Origin: Macrostomum lignano | Taxonomy: Eukaryota | Assembly: GCA_002269645.1 (NCBI GenBank) | Contig: NIVC01000672.1 | Location: 186,001 to 250,000 of the forward strand | Direction of reading: 5' to 3' | DNA length: 64,000 bases | Part shown: in pieces, positions 57,701 to 64,000 of the stretch | Layout: each line of letters opens with the position of its first letter | Numbering within the stretch: the stretch's first letter is position 1 | The notes under the pieces: generated by a model | Seen by the model: the letters and a program-made list of their open reading frames with translations, nothing else | What the model was told of the DNA's origin: nothing | Databases searched by the model: none | Program-made: the position numbers and the translations under genes

Positions 57701-58950
57701 CTGAGCTGGGAGCTGGCCCCCTTAAAGATATGAGAATACTCTGTAAACAGGCATGAGAATCGCCCCTAAACAGGCATGAGAATCGCCCCTAAACAGGCAT
57801 GAGAATCGCCCCTAAACAGCCATGAGAATCGCCCCTAAACAGCCATGAGAATCGCCCCTAAACAGCCATGAGAATCGCCCCTAAACAGCCATGAGAATCG
57901 CCCCTAAACAGGCATGAGAATCGCCCCTAAACAGGCATGAGAATCGCCCCTAAACAGGCATGAGAATCGCCCCTAAACAGGCATGAGAATCGCCCCTAAA
58001 CAGGCATGAGAATCGCCCCTAAACAGCCATGAGAATCGCCCCTAAACAGCCATGAGAATCGCCCCTAAACAGGCATGAGAATCGCCCCTAAACAGGCATG
58101 AGAATCGCCCCTAAACAGGCATGAGAATCGCCCCTAAACAGGCATGAGAATCGCCCCTAAACAGCCATGAGAATCGCCCCTAAACAGGCATGAGAATCGC
58201 CCCTAAACAGGCATGAGAATCGCCCCTAAACAGCCATGAGAATCGCCCCTAAACAGCCCTGAGAATCGCCCCTAAACAGGCATGAGAATCGCCCCTAAAC
58301 AGCCATGAGAATCGCCCCTAAACAGCCATGAGAATCGCCCCTAAACAGGCATGAGAATCGCCCCTAAACAGCCATGAGAATCGCCCCTAAACAGGCATGA
58401 GAATCGCCCCTAAACAGGCATGAGAATCGCCCCTAAACAGGCATGAGAATCGCCCCTAAACAGGCATGAGAATCGCCCCTAAACAGCCATGAGAATCGCC
58501 CCTAAACATCCCTAATAGACAGATGTCTGTCTGTCCCAAAACTAGCACGAGAGTCGCTGAGTTCAAAAGCAGGTGTTTACTCGCATAAACGAAGCCAATT
58601 AATAATGCCATTGCCGCATCCCATTATGGTCAATTCACCCAGGCTGCTAGGCCTGCACTACCTGATCCAGTCCAACTGCTCGTCTGCCCAGGTGCACTTC
58701 GCCAACACTATTAGCACGTCTGAGTTCGCCTCTCCGCTGCTCATCCTAGTATTCTATTTTTATCTGGCGCTGCAGATCTACTTGCACGATCGGGACCCTA
58801 CAGAGCAGATGTGAGTGCCCGCTGCCCGATGCTCACGGTTTCTGTCCCTGGCTGTCTGTGCGATCCCACTGTGTGTCTGTTGGGTGGGGCGCAGGCCATG
58901 CTTTGTATTGCAGTTGTACTGATTGCCTGATTGGGTTTATTGCGTTTGCC

Positions 58951-59019
<69 letters not shown>

Positions 59020-59034
59020 GTCTGTCTGCCTGCC

Positions 59035-59073
<39 letters not shown>

Positions 59074-59084
59074 GTCTGTCTTAG

Positions 59085-59127
<43 letters not shown>

Positions 59128-59138
59128 GTCTGTCTTAG

Positions 59139-59177
<39 letters not shown>

Positions 59178-59188
59178 GTCTGTCTTAG

Positions 59189-59239
<51 letters not shown>

Positions 59240-59262
59240 GTCTGTCTTAGTGTCTGTCTTAG

Positions 59263-59361
<99 letters not shown>

Positions 59362-62245
59362 ATCTGTCTTAGTGTCTGTCTGTCTGTCTGTATGTCTGTC
59401 TGTCTGTCTGTCTGTTTGTCTTAGTGTCTGTCTGTCTGTCTGTCTTAGTGTCTGTCTTAGTGTCTGCCTGTCTGTCTGTCTGTCTGCCAGCCCTGTCCGC
59501 ATGCATGTATGATATTCCTACCGAACGCGCAAATAGCAAACTGTTATGGCTATTACTCGTATTATAATATGTTATATGTATTACTAAACATGAGCCACAC
59601 TCTGTCTCAGCGCATTGAGTTCATGATAATTGTCAGTGTTAGCTTAGGGCTTCTGCCAGCGCTTGCTTTTGTGTTTTGAAGGCACATCGCATGTGCGAGT
59701 CTGTTAGTGAGCCTCCATTCCACTGTTTGGTAGAACCGAAGCCCCTGTTACAGTGGCGCCGTCCCTGTTACAGTGGCGCCATCCCTGTTACAGTGGCGCC
59801 ATCCCTGTTACAGTGGCACCATCCCTGTTACAGTGGCGCCATCCCTGTCACAGTGGCGCCATCCTTGTTACAGTGGCGCCATGCCTGTTACAGTGGTGCC
59901 ATCCCTGTCACAGTGGCGCCATCCCTGTCACAGTGGCGCCATCCCTGTCACAGTGGCGCTAGTCCCCCAGTTCCGCAAGCTTTAAAGCGCTTCACCACCG
60001 CAATACGCTGTTGACGCACCGCTTGCGAACTCGCACCCATCGCGCCCGCCTCTCACTCGCCGCTTTCCCAACCAATCCAACGCAGTACAAAAGCATCCTG
60101 ACTGTGGACATGCATCAGGCTGGCGACTTCAGCAGCGAACCAATGGTGAGGCCGCTCGCGCGCGCTGGCACCGGGCCAATGCCAATGCCAATAAATCAAT
60201 CGATAACTGCACAGTTCTGTTTGCACTTTTATCATTTAGCGCCTGTCAGTTTGTTTGCTAATCTTCTTTTTTAAACTAAAATGTTAACCTTCGATTGGTT
60301 TGCCTGAGACTGTCGGAGTTTCCTGGCCTGAGCTGCTTTGCGACTTTATTAACCAGCTGCTCCTTCATAACTGCAATTCCTCAGGTGGCGCAACAAAGGT
60401 CGGTGTGGTCTGGCATTGAGATGCTCTAATATATTGATTTTATCTTTATTGAGTCTTTTATCGCCCCGGTTACTGGTTGCTATGCTCATTATATTTGTTA
60501 ATTAATGCCGCGCCGTTGGTATTGCCTGTCTCCTAGAAGCAAGCAGAAAGCGCCCGCCCCCGGCCTTCCAGAGCCCCGCCGCCCACTGCCACGGGTCGGT
60601 CGGCAAGTCGGCGGCCGCCGCCCACCCGCTGCTGCCGGCCCCCGCCCAGCCTCCGACAGAGGTTTGTTGCGTTGCCATGGTTACTGAAGAAACCAACCAA
60701 GCCCCCCCCCCTTAACGAGAATGACTAATAGCTGTTTTGTTTCCAACTTTGATTTCTGTAACCAAGGTAAACAAATCGTGTTGCTAAGCTCCTGCTTCGC
60801 TGCCGCCTCGCCGTTGCACATTTGTTTCAGTGTCTGAGCACTGCTATAGTCACCGACCCAGCTGTGTCCTAATTCAGAATTCATAAATTTGCTGTGCTAA
60901 TTGCTGCGTACTTCAGCTCATCAGTGTTGTCTACTGGTCTCTGTGCGCTAACGCAGTCAGTTCAGTAGTGGCTTCTAACCGCTTCTGTTTATAGAAACTG
61001 GGCAGCACTTGATGTTTGATTTGATAATGAGTAGAGCTTATATCATGGTGTTTTAACATCACCTTATACATACTTAGTTTTCTGGTTTGTCCATTATTAC
61101 ACCTGATCCCCAGTTGCTGAGCCAACCTCCTAGATCCCCAGTTGCTGGGCCAGCCTCCCAGTCCCAGATCCCCAGTTGCTGGGCCAGCCTCCCAGATCCC
61201 CAGTTGCTGGGCCAGCCTCTCAGATCCTCAGTTGCTAGGCCAGCCTCCCAGATCCTGAGTTGCTGGGCCAGTCTCCTAGATCCCCAGTTGCTGAGCCAAC
61301 CTCTCAGATCCCCAGTTGCTGGGCTAGCCTCCCAGTCCCAGATCCCCAGTTGCTGGGCCAGCCTCTCAGATCCCAAGTTGCTGGGCCAACCTCCAGTCCC
61401 AGATCCCTAGTTGCTGAGCCAGCCTCCCAGTCCCAGATCCCCAGTTGCTGAGCCAGCCTCCCAGATCCCTAGTTGCTGGGCCAGCCTCCCAGTCCCAGAT
61501 CCCCAGTTGCTGGGCCAGCCTCTCAGATCCCAAGTTACTGGGCCAACCTCCAGTCCCAGATCCCTAGTTGCTGGGCCAGCCTCCCAGTCCCAGATCCCCA
61601 GTTGCTGGGCCAGCCTCTCAGTCCCAGATCTTCAGTTGCTGGGCCAGCCTCCCAGATCTCCAGTTGCTGGACCAGCCTCCCAGATGCCCAGTTGCTGGGC
61701 TAGCCTCCCAGTCCCAGATCCCCAGTTGCTGGGCCAGCCTCCCAGTCCCAGATCCCCAGTTGCTGGGCCAGCCTCTCAGTCCCAGATCCCCAGTTGCTGG
61801 GCCAGCCTCCCAGTCCCAGATCCCCAGTTGCTGGGCCAGCCTCTCAGATCCCAAGTTGCTGGGCCAACCTCTAGTCCTAGATCCCTAGTTGCTGGGCCAG
61901 CCTCCCAGATTTCCAGTTTGTGGGCCAGCTTCCCAGATGCCCAGTTGCTGGGCCAGCCTCCCAGTTCTCCAGTTGGTGGGCCAGCTTCCTAGATGCCCAG
62001 TTGCTGGGCCAGCCTCCCAGATCTCCAGTTGCTGGGCATACGGGTTTCAGTGTGAAGCCAGCCGCCAATCACTGCATTTCATGCTAGAAGCCGTTGTCAC
62101 CGCTAACCCCTGTCTGTTTAACCCAAAGCCCAGCTGCTGTGTTGTGATGCGCTCAGTTGAGAACCGCCGCAGGCTGAATTCGTTTCCCCGCCCGTCCCGA
62201 TTGCAGCTCAGTAGGAAAGCTCGCGCTCTCGAGCGCAAATACTCC
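54764..62245 (+). CDS. PIEZO: PIEZO mechanosensitive channel, 5' part (continues beyond window)
   Basis: Exons 54764-54827, 54906-54989, 56327-56446, 57187-57685, 58643-58810 with consistent phases (1,1,1,2,2). They align by eye to the PIEZO N-terminus: [37 protein letters not shown]...[30 protein letters not shown]...SNCSS...[10 protein letters not shown]. Probable further exons 60385-60398, 60537-60661, 62207-62245 (lower confidence). Confidence 0.87.
54992..55540 (+). repeat. 48-bp minisatellite starting inside the PIEZO exon 2 donor
   Basis: Unit gagtccagtctgtgaccggagctggggtaactgggcggggcctcagtt, ~11 copies. Confidence 0.92.
55570..56070 (+). repeat. ~38-bp G-rich minisatellite related to the adjacent 48-mer
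   Basis: Shares cagttgagtcca...gtgac...gggg...cctca with the 48-bp unit. Confidence 0.88.
56472..57105 (+). repeat. 21-bp (18-bp variant) ggatggatagatgtgggtctg array
   Basis: Fills most of PIEZO intron 3. Confidence 0.9.
57745..58508 (+). repeat. 23-bp aaacagscatgagaatcgcccct array, ~33 copies
   Basis: Fills most of PIEZO intron 4. Confidence 0.94.
58950..59485 (+). repeat. (TCTG)n microsatellite with CTTAGTG interruptions
   Basis: Directly visible. Confidence 0.94.
59745..59960 (+). repeat. 20-bp atccctgttacagtggcgcc array (second copy 63652-63867)
   Basis: Directly visible. Confidence 0.9.
61105..62030 (+). repeat. 28/35-bp cccagatccccagttgctgggccagcct(cccagt) array
   Basis: Directly visible. 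Confidence 0.9.
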
Positions 62246-62539
62246 GTGAGTAGCATCTCCCTGCGGCGCCATTGCCCGGTGCCAAACTCTGCGCCGCGCG
62301 CTTTCATTTATAAAATCTTTTTATGCCATTTATTATTTCAATTTTACGTTTAGTTTATACTAGATAGATTTTTAGTATATAGGATTATCAATTTTTGCAT
62401 ATCTCAATATGTACAAGTTTTCTTGGAATGCGACTTCAGTTTATGGTTTATTACTTAAGGTTGCTCATTTCATTGTAGCTTATACTGGATGCAGACTTCT
62501 CTATGGCTCGTTTGTGATTGCCATATTGCTATACTTGCA

Positions 62540-62759
62540 TGCCTGTCTGTCTGTCTGCCTGTCTGTCTGCCTGTCTGCCTGTCTGTCTGCCTGTCTGTCT
62601 GCCTGTCTGCCTGTCTGTCTGTCTGTCTGCCTGTCTGTCTGCCTGTCTGCCTGTCTGTCTGGCTGTCTGCCTGCCTGTCTGGCTATCTGCCTTGCTGTCT
62701 GTCTGTCTGTCTGTCTGTCTGGCTGTCTGTCTGTCTTTCTGGCTGTCTGTCTTAGTGTG

Positions 62760-62800
<41 letters not shown>

Positions 62801-62991
62801 TAGTGTGTGTTTGTCTGTCTGCCTGTCTGTCTGGCTGTCTGCCTGTCTTTCTGGCTGTCTGTCTTAGTGTGTGTCTGTCTGTCTGTCTGTCTGTCTTAGT
62901 GTGCGTTTGTCTGTCTGCCTGTCTGTCTGTCTGTCTGTCTGTCTGCCTGTCTGTCTGTCTGTCTTTGTCTGTCTGTCTGTGTCTGTCTTAG

Positions 62992-63034
<43 letters not shown>

Positions 63035-63045
63035 GTCTGTCTTAG

Positions 63046-63084
<39 letters not shown>

Positions 63085-63095
63085 GTCTGTCTTAG

Positions 63096-63146
<51 letters not shown>

Positions 63147-63169
63147 GTCTGTCTTAGTGTCTGTCTTAG

Positions 63170-63268
<99 letters not shown>

Positions 63269-63392
63269 ATCTGTCTTAGTGTCTGTCTGTCTGTCTGTAT
63301 GTCTGTCTGTCTGTCTGTCTGTTTGTCTTAGTGTCTGTCTGTCTGTCTGTCTTAGTGTCTGTCTTAGTGTCTGCCTGTCTGTCTGTCTGTCT
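62540..63392 (+). repeat. (CCTG)/(TCTG)n microsatellite
   Basis: Directly visible; hosts the duplication breakpoint. Confidence 0.94.
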
Positions 63393-64000
63393 GCCAGCCC
63401 TGTCCGCATGCATGTATGATATTCCTACCGAACGCGCAAATAGCAAACTGTTATGGCTATTACTCGTATTATAATATGTTATATGTATTACTAAACATGA
63501 GCCACACTCTGTCTCAGCGCATTGAGTTCATGATAATTGTCAGTGTTAGCTTAGGGCTTCTGCCAGCGCTTGCTTTTGTGTTTTGAAGGCACATCGCATG
63601 TGCGAGTCTGTTAGTGAGCCTCCATTCCACTGTTTGGTAGAACCGAAGCCCCTGTTACAGTGGCGCCGTCCCTGTTACAGTGGCGCCATCCCTGTTACAG
63701 TGGCGCCATCCCTGTTACAGTGGCACCATCCCTGTTACAGTGGCGCCATCCCTGTCACAGTGGCGCCATCCTTGTTACAGTGGCGCCATGCCTGTTACAG
63801 TGGTGCCATCCCTGTCACAGTGGCGCCATCCCTGTCACAGTGGCGCCATCCCTGTCACAGTGGCGCTAGTCCCCCAGTTCCGCAAGCTTTAAAGCGCTTC
63901 ACCACCGCAATACGCTGTTGACGCACCGCTTGCGAACTCGCACCCATCGCGCCCGCCTCTCACTCGCCGCTTTCCCAACCAATCCAACGCAGTACAAAAG
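62966..64000 (+). repeat. Exact duplicate of 59059-60093 (offset 3907 bp), running to the window end
   Basis: Microsatellite variants, unique intron sequence and the 20-bp array match; the ORF track shows identical peptides at +3907. Confidence 0.9.

Overview
Eukaryotic (animal) genomic DNA with spliced genes. About 30% of the window (my rough tally, ~20 kb) is micro- and minisatellite, which explains most of the ORF track. The repeat landscape resembles the flatworm Macrostomum (inference only). I reconstructed six genes by hand from GT-AG sites with consistent intron phases: (1) a signal peptide + unknown ectodomain + LDLa + TM receptor (-, 2015-8806); (2) a Tau/MAP2/MAP4-type protein with six microtubule-binding repeats followed by a ~700-aa C-terminal extension (+, 16177-23252); (3) a secreted PAN/apple + fibrinogen-C protein (-, 25670-27676); (4) an orphan coiled-coil protein (+, 29822-32297); (5) SERBP1/Vig with an expanded RGG region (+, 34801-43402); (6) the 5' part of a PIEZO channel (+, from 54764). 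Mobile DNA comprises a 5'-truncated Penelope-like element with a hammerhead ribozyme, two non-autonomous hAT elements with 8-bp TSDs, a mariner derivative with ~385-bp inverted repeats, and a full-length RNase H-bearing I-group (Loa-like) LINE with a 96-bp TSD and TAATG stop-start coupling. Most notable: two sharply bounded CpG-depleted domains, the inverted Tau architecture, the long LINE TSD, intron-filling minisatellites abutting splice sites, and an exact 3907-bp-offset duplication inside PIEZO.
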